This document shows positions 43,656 through 52,522 of a stretch of 64,000 bases of DNA, one piece after another. The DNA comes from an uncultured delta proteobacterium (GTDB lineage: Bacteria; Desulfobacterota; Binatia; UBA9968), in the NCBI GenBank assembly GCA_963745035.1, contig CAVUVW010000027.1:1-64000 (forward strand), given 5' to 3'. Below the pieces are notes generated by a model that was given only the letters and a program-made list of their open reading frames with translations, made no database searches and was not told the DNA's origin. Numbering within the stretch: position 1 is the stretch's first letter; each line of letters opens with the position of its first letter. The position numbers were made by a program, and so were the translations under genes.

Positions 43656-44609
43656 CTATCTCACTTTCACCGTGACGCCGGCTTCTTTGTAGAACTTGGC
43701 CGCGCCGGGATGGAACGGCACGCCGATGTCTTCGGCCATCCCTTTCGGGCTCAGCGTCTTGATGTCCTTCACGATGGCTGACAGTTGCTGGGTGTTTTGC
43801 GCGATGGTCTTCGTCATAGCGTAGACCAAGTCTTCCGTGAGCTTGCAGGAAGCGACGATGTGGGTAGCATAGCCGATCACCTGCACATCCTTGTCCTGTT
43901 TCGGATAGGTGCCCTTGGGGATCGTATTCAGCGTGTAGCCGGGATTGAGCTTCTTCATCGCCTCGATCTGGTTGCCAAGATCGAGCAGCTTGATCTCGCG
44001 CGAAGTCGCGATGTCCATCACCGCGCTGGAGGGAATCGTCGTGCCGGCCGTGAAGGCGACGGCGTGGCCATCCTGCACCTGGGTCACGGCATCGGTGTAG
44101 GACACAAAGCTCATCTTTACGTCGTTGTAGGTCAACCCGTTGACCTGCAAGAGCTGCTTGGTGATCTCCTCGGCGGTGTTGCCGCGCGGTTGCGCGGCAA
44201 TCGCCTTGCCTTTGAAATCCTTGATCGAGTTGACCCCTGCATCAGCGCGTACGACCACCTGGAAATATTGCGGGTAGAGCGTCGCGACGTTGCAGACGTT
44301 GCCGTGCGGCTTATTGAACGGCGCTTTGCCGGCGACTGCATCGACCGTAGAAATCGAGTTGCCGATGCCGATATCGGTCTTGCCTTCTTCGATGCCGCGC
44401 ACGTTGGCGATGCCGGCGCCCGGCAGCGCTTGCACCGATGTGTTGGCAATGGCCTTTTCCCACAAGTCCTTGAGTTGGCCGCCAAGCGGCACCCAAGCGC
44501 CGCCCTGCGGCCCGGTCATAAACTTGAGCTCGGCCGCGGATGCGGTCGGTAAAACCGTGGTACTAAGAATGAGCAAACCCAACGTCAAAACACAGCAATG
44601 TTTTTTCAT
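43656..44609 (-). CDS. TAXI family TRAP solute-binding protein
   Basis: TGPQGGAW..LG, N-terminal signal, PFHPGAAKFYKE. Confidence 0.92.
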   Translation of the reverse strand: MKKHCCVLTLGLLILSTTVLPTASAAELKFMTGPQGGAWVPLGGQLKDLWEKAIANTSVQALPGAGIANVRGIEEGKTDIGIGNSISTVDAVAGKAPFNKPHGNVCNVATLYPQYFQVVVRADAGVNSIKDFKGKAIAAQPRGNTAEEITKQLLQVNGLTYNDVKMSFVSYTDAVTQVQDGHAVAFTAGTTIPSSAVMDIATSREIKLLDLGNQIEAMKKLNPGYTLNTIPKGTYPKQDKDVQVIGYATHIVASCKLTEDLVYAMTKTIAQNTQQLSAIVKDIKTLSPKGMAEDIGVPFHPGAAKFYKEAGVTVKVR

Positions 44610-44745
44610 GGCGTTTCTCCTTTCGTGCGTACCGCCGAGCGAGCAGCACTGACAGCGGCGCGCTCGGAGAGATTCGCGTCGGCGTGTGACTACCGTCTTT
44701 TTTTAGGTCGAGTTCCAAGGATTTTATAAAAATGCTGACCGGGAG

Positions 44746-45150
44746 TTACTTGGTTCCCAGCCAGCCATGCTCCGAAAGGTCGACCGTGACGCCGTCCGGC
44801 ACGATGAACTTGACCTCGACATTGCCGCGCTTCGCCATTTCATCGGTTCCGGGATAGGGACGATGCACGGCGCCCGCCTTCTCGATCCGGGCACGTCCCT
44901 CGGCCATACTCTCGACTTCGAAACCGAAATGATGCAAGCCCGTGTACTTGGGCGCGCCTTCGGTGGTGGCCGGATCGTCGTACTTGAACTTTAAGATCGC
45001 GAGATTCACATGGCCGTCGCTCAGATAATAGCCCTCGGAAGTAGGGGTGTTGACCTTGCCGACTTGCTGCAAGCCGAGGCCTTCGATGTAAAATCGCGCC
45101 GTCGCCTCGGGATCACGTGTGCCGATCGCAATGTGCCGAATGCGTGCCAT
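44746..45150 (-). CDS. VOC/glyoxalase family protein
   Basis: IRHIAI, GLHHFGF, PDG. Confidence 0.88.
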   Translation of the reverse strand: MARIRHIAIGTRDPEATARFYIEGLGLQQVGKVNTPTSEGYYLSDGHVNLAILKFKYDDPATTEGAPKYTGLHHFGFEVESMAEGRARIEKAGAVHRPYPGTDEMAKRGNVEVKFIVPDGVTVDLSEHGWLGTK

Positions 45151-45358
45151 TGTCTACCTCCATTCCTTTGCAGGTTCGCTAATTATTTCTGCGGAAATGA
45201 CACTCGGTGAGTGAATCGCGAAGGGGCGGTGTGCCGATTTCCGCGAAGTGAAATCGCCGCTAATCTAGTTCTATCGCTGGAGCATTGCAATCTCATTGCG
45301 TGCGCGACTTCCAGCAGCATCCTTGTCATTCCGCGCAAACTGACATATTTCTCCGGCC

Positions 45359-46426
45359 ATGCGCTACGGGCTTTTCTATTTGCCGTCGTCGCTGCCGGCG
45401 ACACGCGCCGAAGGTGCGGAGCGGTTCCGCACCATCATCGATCAGGTTGTCTACGGCGAGGAGATCGGCTTCGATTCCGTTTGGCTCGCCGAGCACCATT
45501 TTCATGCGTTCGCGGGGATGTTTTCGGCGCCCACTGTGATCGGCGCGGCGATTGCCGAGAGAACGAAAAGGATGCGTATCGGCACGGCGGTCCTGCTCTT
45601 GCCGTATCACAATCCGCTTCGTGTCGCGGAAGATTACGCGACCCTCGATTGTTTGAGCAACGGCAGGCTCGAATTCGGCATCGGCCACGGATTCGTGAAA
45701 TGGGAAGCGCTGACATTCGGCATCCCGCTCGACGACTTGCGTGTTCGTTTCAAGGAAAATATCGAGGTGGTGCTCAAAGCATGGAGCGAGCCCAAGCTCG
45801 ATTACAAAGGCCGGTTCTACGACTATAGCGGCGTACAGGTCTGGCCGCGGCCGTTGCAGGAGCCCTATCCGGCCGTCTGGATGGCGGCGACCACTTCGGT
45901 TGAATCCTTCGAGCTATCGGGACGCTGTGGGTTTCACATGATGCTCATCCCGTTTCTGAATGAAGTCGAAGAGCTTCGTCGCAAGATGCAAGCTTATTTC
46001 GAGGCGCGCCAAGCGGCGGGGTTTGATCCCTCAACGGCGCGCGTGCTGGGCGCATATCATGCCTATGTCGGCGAAACTGCCGCGGAAGCACGCTCGGCTG
46101 GCGCGCGAGGACTCGCCGAATACAACTCGGCGGCGAGAGAGGCTCACAGCCTGACACCGGGCATGGCCGATCCTGCGTCTTATCGTAGTCATGAAAAGCA
46201 CCGCGAGCAGATGAAAGCGCTCACGTTCGACGAATTGGTCGATCAGGGTCGAGTGCTTGTCGGTACGGCGGAACAAGTGCGCGAAAAATTGGAATATGTT
46301 CGCGAGCGGCTTTATCTCACCGATGTGGCGGGAAACTTCGCCTTGGGTGGATTGACCGATGCGCAGGCGCGCGTGTCGATGCGACGATTCATGGAAGAAG
46401 TAGCGCCGAAGATTCGTGATCAGTAG
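45359..46426 (+). CDS. LLM class flavin-dependent oxidoreductase
   Basis: GFDSVWLAEHH, PLRVAEDYATLD, GRLEFGIG. Confidence 0.92.
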   Translation: MRYGLFYLPSSLPATRAEGAERFRTIIDQVVYGEEIGFDSVWLAEHHFHAFAGMFSAPTVIGAAIAERTKRMRIGTAVLLLPYHNPLRVAEDYATLDCLSNGRLEFGIGHGFVKWEALTFGIPLDDLRVRFKENIEVVLKAWSEPKLDYKGRFYDYSGVQVWPRPLQEPYPAVWMAATTSVESFELSGRCGFHMMLIPFLNEVEELRRKMQAYFEARQAAGFDPSTARVLGAYHAYVGETAAEARSAGARGLAEYNSAAREAHSLTPGMADPASYRSHEKHREQMKALTFDELVDQGRVLVGTAEQVREKLEYVRERLYLTDVAGNFALGGLTDAQARVSMRRFMEEVAPKIRDQ

Positions 46427-46513
46427 CATTCATTCTTCATTGAGAATAACATTGACATGAAAGAAACTCAGGAATAAGAAGCAGCCAGCAGATTGTAATC
46501 CGTGGAGGTGAAC

Positions 46514-47281
46514 ATGGGCAAGCTCAGGCATATCGCGTTTATTTCGGCGGAGCCGAAGAAGCTGAGCGATTTTTATCAGAAGTATTTCGGCTTCGAGGAG
46601 TGCAAGGTCTTCCCGAGCGGATCGAGAATGGTGATCGATCCGCTGTTCAATCTGGCATTTCTGCAGAGCCGAGGCGACCAAGCAGGGGCCGTTGTCGGCA
46701 CGCACCGGGCGGACGGCGCCGAAGTCGAGCGCCAACCTGGAATTCATCACTACGGTTTTCTTGTCGATAATTTGGATGAAGCCGTGGCCAAGCTGCCCGC
46801 CTCGCTCAATCGCGGCGCAAGTCCGCAAGTGTCAGCCGGAGTCGGCGGCGCCGAAGGTGCGCGACCGGCGGAGATGCGCTTTGTCGATCCGTGGGGCAAC
46901 AACGTCGATCTATCCTCGCGAGGATTTTTAGGCAGAGAAGAGAATAAACTTCCGGGAGTGCGATTGCTCGCCGTGCATGTTCCCGATTTGGCCGCGGCCT
47001 GTGAATTTTACCAACAGCAGTTCAATCTCAAGGTCGTCGGCTGGACCGATGACGGGACAATTCGCCTGAGCGACGGCACCGTGACGCTCTTGCTTACCAA
47101 GTCACAAGTGCGGCCGAAGAGCGGCGTGCAATACTTCGGCATTCAGGTTGACGATCTCGCAGGCGTTAAGAAGCGCTTGCGGGATGGTGGTGTGGAGATC
47201 CGAGAAGGGTCGCAGGAGATTCGGTTGACCGATCCGGAAGGCAATCAGGTGGCAGTCTCGCAAAGTGGTTGGGCGAACTGA
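46514..47281 (+). CDS. Two-domain VOC family protein
   Basis: LRHIA, IHHYGF, DPWGN, DPEGN. Confidence 0.85.
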   Translation: MGKLRHIAFISAEPKKLSDFYQKYFGFEECKVFPSGSRMVIDPLFNLAFLQSRGDQAGAVVGTHRADGAEVERQPGIHHYGFLVDNLDEAVAKLPASLNRGASPQVSAGVGGAEGARPAEMRFVDPWGNNVDLSSRGFLGREENKLPGVRLLAVHVPDLAAACEFYQQQFNLKVVGWTDDGTIRLSDGTVTLLLTKSQVRPKSGVQYFGIQVDDLAGVKKRLRDGGVEIREGSQEIRLTDPEGNQVAVSQSGWAN

Positions 47282-47296
47282 TCCGCAAACCTCATA

Positions 47297-47324
47297 GTGG
47301 GGGCGACCGGCCGGTCGCCCCCAC
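47297..47324. repeat. Second REP-like perfect palindrome
   Basis: GTGGGGGCGACCGGCCGGTCGCCCCCAC between convergent genes. Confidence 0.85.
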
Positions 47325-47326
47325 AT

Positions 47327-48283
47327 CTACCGTAGACCCAACTCCTTCTGAATTTCTCGTAGAATACTGAAATCGGCGATCTCGCCGAGTGGCACTTCGC
47401 GAGTGATTTTTGCGTCGCGCTTGGCCTGATCGATCAGCAGCTTCAATCCATCCTCAGGGATGCCGCCGTCGGCGCTGATGACTTTTACCGTCGCATCATA
47501 GGACGCGTAGGCGTGTTCCGGCTTGGCCTTTCCCCACTCCATTAAAATTTTTGCGGCTTCCTCCCGATTGTCGCGAATGAAACGGCTTGCCTTGATCAAG
47601 GCTTTGGTCGTCCGTTTAACCTGGTCGCGGTTTTGCTGAATCGATTTCGCGTTCAATCCGACACCGGACAGCGGATAATTCAGATATTCATAGGCGCGCG
47701 CCAGAACGTTGAATCCCGACTTCTTGCCCTCGAAGTCCCATGGCGGTGAGGTGACCACGGCGTCGGCGAGTTTTTGTTGCAATCCCGCAAACCGGCCAGA
47801 ATCCGGGCCGAGCGGCACGAATTGAACTTCCTTGTCGGGATCGACGCCGTTGCGCGCCAGGATAATTCTTGCCAGGACTTGCGTGGCGTCGCCGAAGCCG
47901 GCGAGACCGATTTTTTTGCCGCTCAGATCTTTAATCGATTTGATATCCGCGCGCGCGAGCAAGACGTGCGGAGAGCTGGTCATCAAACCGGCCACTAAGC
48001 GAACCGGCAATCCGCGAATCGCCGCCCGAATCACGGTACCGGTCAACAGAGTGAAATCGATGTCACCGTTCGAGAGCGCAGCGATCGACGGCGCGGCGCC
48101 CATGACGACAATGTCGGCGTCGAGTCCTTCGTCCTTGAAAAATCCCTTACGCTGCGCAACTCCGGCGGGTAGAAAAATCATGTTGTAGCCGCCGGAGACC
48201 GAGATGCGGATTTTTTCCGCGGCGTAAGCATCGAAAACGCCGAAGAAGACGGCTAGGAGCAGGCCAAAGCGGATTCCCGTCAT
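47327..48283 (-). CDS. NMT1/SsuA-type ABC substrate-binding protein
   Basis: Signal peptide, KGFFKDEGLD, DLSGKKIG. Confidence 0.88.
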   Translation of the reverse strand: MTGIRFGLLLAVFFGVFDAYAAEKIRISVSGGYNMIFLPAGVAQRKGFFKDEGLDADIVVMGAAPSIAALSNGDIDFTLLTGTVIRAAIRGLPVRLVAGLMTSSPHVLLARADIKSIKDLSGKKIGLAGFGDATQVLARIILARNGVDPDKEVQFVPLGPDSGRFAGLQQKLADAVVTSPPWDFEGKKSGFNVLARAYEYLNYPLSGVGLNAKSIQQNRDQVKRTTKALIKASRFIRDNREEAAKILMEWGKAKPEHAYASYDATVKVISADGGIPEDGLKLLIDQAKRDAKITREVPLGEIADFSILREIQKELGLR

Positions 48284-48383
48284 AATGAACCTCCGAACGG
48301 CTCGACGCTTTACGAAGTTTATAACCGCCAGCACGAACTGCTTCCCGACCTACAATGACTTAGACGCGTTGTAAGGCGGTTGG

Positions 48384-48866
48384 TCATCTTTTTTGGACTC
48401 CAATCAGCGCAAAGAACTCTGTCTCCATGTGATGAAGCGCCTCAGCGTTGCCGTGCTTGAAGTCTCTGAAGGGCTGCCAAAACCGAAATATTCGTGTACG
48501 GCGGAAGGGGCGAAAAACGACGGCGAGCGGATTGAATCGCCGGTAGCCGCCGAAATGATGGAACGCTAGCCGAGCTAGTGAAATGCGCCAGCGCTTACGC
48601 TGCGACCAATTGAGAACAACGGCCCGTTCGCCGATGTACGGAAGAATGTGTTGATCGATATATTCGCGCCAAATGGGGCTTTCGGAGTAGACGAAGAGGA
48701 TGTCACGCCCGCGCAAGCACCACCACATCCAAATGGCGATGTGTAGACAAACCGTTGATACGACAAAGAACAGAAGCGCGACCGTTATAAGGATGATTAT
48801 TACCGGAGCGAAAGAAATGATGAGTGCCAGCTGCCACCATTTGAATTTCGATTCTCGACTCTCCAT
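48384..48866 (-). CDS. Hypothetical membrane-anchored protein
   Basis: 160-aa ORF with N-terminal hydrophobic segment. Confidence 0.55.
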   Translation of the reverse strand: MESRESKFKWWQLALIISFAPVIIILITVALLFFVVSTVCLHIAIWMWWCLRGRDILFVYSESPIWREYIDQHILPYIGERAVVLNWSQRKRWRISLARLAFHHFGGYRRFNPLAVVFRPFRRTRIFRFWQPFRDFKHGNAEALHHMETEFFALIGVQKR

Positions 48867-48889
48867 GAGCCTGCTGACCAGGTTAACCG

Positions 48890-49420
48890 CTACCGCCGGT
48901 TGTCGTTAGACTCGGGCCGCAGATTGTCGATCGGCTGAATAAGCTGCGTCTCGACATCGTCGGGTATTTCAGCACGGCGCACAATCTTTGGCCATAGCTC
49001 AAGCGGCGGTGCTTTGATCAATGACGCATCGAGCGCGACATCATCAAGATCGTCGTGCAAAAAAGGGCGCTGGCCGCAATGACGGGCATCGCACGAGGCG
49101 CGGATCCCCGGACGGCACTCGCGCCAATGGCAGATGCGGCCGATGTAGTTACCGGACGGATCGGCCAGAAAGATGTCAGCACCTCTATTTTGGCTCTGAG
49201 CGTGTCCTTTCAGTCTTCGACCCGCGGCTGCTAGGTGAGTGAGATCGGCGTCATCATCGACAGTGACCAGCACGTCGGCATCCTTCGGATCGGTTTTGCC
49301 TGTTGTCAGCGAACCGATGAGCGCGATGCGACGAACACCTGGAAAAAATCGAGCATGCTCGACAAACTGCCGGACCTCGGAGAGTAGAACAGTTCGAATT
49401 GTTGACTCGCCGTTTGTCAC
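48890..49420 (-). CDS. Pol-beta-type nucleotidyltransferase-like protein with Cys/His-rich insert
   Basis: LIGSL...PKDADVLV motif; CHWREC...CDARHC. Confidence 0.65.
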   Translation of the reverse strand: MTNGESTIRTVLLSEVRQFVEHARFFPGVRRIALIGSLTTGKTDPKDADVLVTVDDDADLTHLAAAGRRLKGHAQSQNRGADIFLADPSGNYIGRICHWRECRPGIRASCDARHCGQRPFLHDDLDDVALDASLIKAPPLELWPKIVRRAEIPDDVETQLIQPIDNLRPESNDNRR

Positions 49421-49816
49421 CTGTCATTGCCTAGCATGTAAATAAGGTTGCTGGCCCATTGTTCTATCTGCGTTGAGGCGAATCGTTCAAACATCCCGCG
49501 TGGAACGTCCGCTATGCCCGATACTTCCAAGGTCGAGTCATCGTTATTCGCGATTTACCTTCTTGATCGACATATTGTCAATCGTGGGTCGCTGGCGAAC
49601 CTTCAACACAGCTGGTCAGTAGAGAGCACGCGCGATCAGAGGTTCTCAGGATGCGACTTGGATTAGGAGCGATTCTAGAGTCGATCCTTACTCCGTCGCA
49701 ATCTACTTGACCTGTTCCAAGCGCGGGGTGTAGTTGTGGCGAAGCAAGGACGGGCGGCGTATGCAATACGCCTTTACAAAGAATCATTGGGCGACCATTC
49801 AAGACTAGGAGGTAAG

Positions 49817-50191
49817 ATGCGCGTACTTAAAATTGGTGAGCTGCAGGAAAAACCGATGGATACCGCGACGCCGATCGCCGGGTGGACTGGTGGAGAGGTG
49901 AGCCGGACGCGGCAAGCGGTGATCGGCGACGGGCAGTCGGAAAATTTTCGCTGCAACGTCGTCAACTTTCGCGTCGGGGCGACCACGGGGTGGCATGTGC
50001 ATGATTGCGACCAGATTCTCGTCGTTACGGCGGGGAAGGGCAAGGTTGCAACTGAAGGCGAAGAGCGCGACATCGCCGTCGGCGATATCGTGCATATCAA
50101 AGCCGGCGAGCGCCACTGGCACGGCGCGACAGCGGAAACTCCGATGTCGCACATCACGGTGACGACGGTCGGCAGCACCTCGAAGCATTGA
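49817..50191 (+). CDS. Cupin domain protein
   Basis: AGGAGG RBS; WHVHDCDQ and GERHWHGA motifs. Confidence 0.9.
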   Translation: MRVLKIGELQEKPMDTATPIAGWTGGEVSRTRQAVIGDGQSENFRCNVVNFRVGATTGWHVHDCDQILVVTAGKGKVATEGEERDIAVGDIVHIKAGERHWHGATAETPMSHITVTTVGSTSKH

Positions 50192-50233
50192 GCAGCGTAC
50201 TGATCCGGCTTTAGCTTCGGAGGAGGAATAGTC

Positions 50234-51124
50234 ATGCAAATTCTCAAAGGCGACTTGAGTAACGTCAAAGGAATCCCTCCGAGCGGGCTCTGCGTCGGTG
50301 TTCATCGGGCGGGCGCCGTGCACCAGAAGATGGTCGCGAAGCACGGCGAAGGTCTTGCGGTCTGGTCGCTCAGACCCGATCTTGATTTCATCGCTTTCAA
50401 AAAGGAAGGGTTGGGGGAACAGGGAATTCGCTCGACTAGCGACATGGAATCAATAGACGCGGATGAAAAACTGATATACGGCGTGCGCGGGGCGCCGCCC
50501 GAGGTGAGAGAAAAAGCGCGCGAAAAAGGCCTCACGCTGCTGGCCGACGCGACCTGTCCTTTCGTGACTCAGCAGGAAGAGGCGGAAATCGAGCTGCTGA
50601 ACGCCGGCTGTCACCTGGTCGTTCTCAGCAGCCGCACGCATCACGGCATCCCAAGGCTCCAGGGGATTGCGCAAGCGAAAGGCAAAGAGGTCTTTATCGT
50701 CGAACGCGAAGAAGAAGTCCATTCGATTCGTCTCACTCGTTTCGAGCCCATCGGCGTGATTGTGCAGACGACCTTCTGGTTGGAAACTTACAAGAAAATT
50801 ATCGGGCGCATACTCGAGCGCTTCGCCAACGTGCAGATTCGCAACACAGCTTGCATCGACTCGCTGCAGCGTCTTCCAGAAGTCGAGAAGCTTGCCAAAC
50901 AAGTCGATGCGATCATTATTTTCGGCTGGACCGAAGGAATGACAACCCGAATGGTCGAAGTTGCGCGGGCTTTCAATGCTCATGTGCACAAAATTGAAAA
51001 AGTCGACGATCTCCAGCTCGATTGGCTGCGGGGAAAAGAGAAGGTGGGCATCATCGGCGCCAACGAGACTCCCGAATGGATGATCAATGAGGCAATCGAG
51101 CGCATCAAAAGCATGGCGGCCTGA
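50234..51124 (+). CDS. IspH/LytB-like [4Fe-4S] protein with non-canonical active site
   Basis: GLCVGV.RA, DATCPFV, VQTT, NTAC, TPEW. Confidence 0.85.
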   Translation: MQILKGDLSNVKGIPPSGLCVGVHRAGAVHQKMVAKHGEGLAVWSLRPDLDFIAFKKEGLGEQGIRSTSDMESIDADEKLIYGVRGAPPEVREKAREKGLTLLADATCPFVTQQEEAEIELLNAGCHLVVLSSRTHHGIPRLQGIAQAKGKEVFIVEREEEVHSIRLTRFEPIGVIVQTTFWLETYKKIIGRILERFANVQIRNTACIDSLQRLPEVEKLAKQVDAIIIFGWTEGMTTRMVEVARAFNAHVHKIEKVDDLQLDWLRGKEKVGIIGANETPEWMINEAIERIKSMAA

Positions 51125-51127
51125 GCT

Positions 51128-51409
51128 ATGCCGAAAGTGACTTTCATGCCGGCCGGACAGTCCTTTGAAGTGGCGGCGGGCACGACGATCCTGGTTTCGG
51201 CGATCCAGAACGGCTTACAGCTGCGCCACGACTGCACCGAAGCGATTTGCGGCACGGACCGGGTGAAGATCCTGTCCGGTAAAGAACAGCTGAGCGAAAA
51301 GGATGAGAACGAGGAATTGACCCTCGAAATGATGAACGCAGAGCCGGACGACAGGCTGGCTTGCGTCGCGCGGATTATCGGCGACGTGACTGTCCTAGTG
51401 ATCGACTGA
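51128..51409 (+). CDS. 2Fe-2S ferredoxin-like protein
   Basis: HDCTEAICGTDRV...RLAC. Confidence 0.85.
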   Translation: MPKVTFMPAGQSFEVAAGTTILVSAIQNGLQLRHDCTEAICGTDRVKILSGKEQLSEKDENEELTLEMMNAEPDDRLACVARIIGDVTVLVID

Positions 51410-51458
51410 ACAACCCAAGGAAAACCGAGAGAGCTTACCGCCCGATTAAGGAGTAGCG

Positions 51459-52013
51459 ATGGCTTACATCAAAACCATCCCGCCTGCAGAGGCGACCGGC
51501 AAGCTCAAAGAGGTTTACAGCGCCAGCAGCGGGCCGTCGGCGGCGCGCGGAAAGGTGGCGATGATTCGCCAGGTACAGAGCTTGAATCCTGACGCTCTTG
51601 CGGCCTGGAGCGCCCTCGGCGCTGAGATCATGCATGGCCGGTCGCGGATCACGCGTCGCCAGCGCGAGATGATCGCCACGGTGGTATCAGCAGCCAATCA
51701 CTGTAGTTATTGAATGACGGCGCACGGGGAGGCTCTCCGTACTGAATCGAACGACGATCCTCTGGTCGAAGGCATCAAGCGGGATTACACCCAGTTGAAT
51801 TTGCCGGCGGCCGAGCGGGCGATGTTGGATTACGCCGTAAAACTGACGGCGGCGCCGTCGAGCGTCGATGAAAGCGACATCAAAAACTTGCGCTCCCACG
51901 GCTTCGACGACCGGGATATTCTAGATATCGTCTACGTGATCTGCCTGTACAATTTTAACGACCGGATGGCGGACGCGACCGGAATCAAAGGGCATGATTT
52001 TCTGGCGGGTTGA
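51459..52013 (+). CDS. AhpD/CMD peroxidase-related enzyme, probable selenoprotein (UGA at 51711-51713)
   Basis: Two ORFs join in frame: REMIATVVSAANHCSY-TGA-MTAHG matches N.C.YC...H; hairpin follows the UGA. Confidence 0.8.
51724..51740 (+). promoter_or_regulatory. Candidate bacterial SECIS element
   Basis: ACGGGGA-GGC-TCTCCGT stem-loop; G-leading loop starts 17 nt after the UGA. Confidence 0.55.
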
Positions 52014-52042
52014 ACTTCAGCGCGCTCAAAAGGCAAAGAATG

Positions 52043-52116
52043 CTTCGACGAGTCAGCATGAACGGAACATCACCAATAACATCCAATCCCCTCCGCTCGT
52101 CCTGAGACTGTCGAAG
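52043..52116. repeat. Degenerate intergenic inverted repeat
   Basis: CTTCGAC..TCAGCATGAACGG pairs imperfectly with CCGCTCGTCCTGAG..GTCGAAG. Confidence 0.55.
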
Positions 52117-52181
52117 GACTGGATTCCCGCGAAACATGCGGAAATGCGGATTTTGGAGCCGGTGGCTCGGGAGATTCAGCG

Positions 52182-52289
52182 ATGATCGAGCTTTATCACA
52201 ATGACATGTCGGTTTGCGCGCAGAAGGTGCGCCGGCTGCATCTTTACGAGGAGAGAGTGTTTTTTAAGTCGTCGCAGAAGTACGCCTAG
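52182..52289 (+). pseudogene. Glutathione S-transferase N-terminal fragment
   Basis: GGAG RBS; MIELYHNDMSVCAQKVR, then similarity ends and a stop follows. Confidence 0.6.
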
Positions 52290-52462
52290 ACTTTCATGCT
52301 AGATCTTGAGTTCGGGCGTCTGGTCTTTAGATATCGCTTCCGTGCTGGTTCAAGCCTACCTGCAGCCAACATCGCACGTCCGATTTGTGCGCAGAAATCG
52401 TCATCACCGCATAGAAGCGCAAAAAACTCGGTGCCTCCGACGGGGTCGGCCCTCAAATTTCT

Positions 52463-52522
52463 GCATAACAGCAAGTTAAGCCGCCAATCGGTTCCTTGGT
52501 CAGCTTCAACTTTATGTTAGGC
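52463..52522 (-). mobile_element. Integron attC site (60 bp)
   Basis: Minus strand GCCTAAC-ata-AAGTTGAAGCTGACC-aaggaaccgatt-GGCGGCTTAACTT-gct-GTTATGC. Confidence 0.85.

Noticed and set aside
50234-51124. Canonical ispH gene symbol
   Set aside because: Key substrate-binding and catalytic residues are missing
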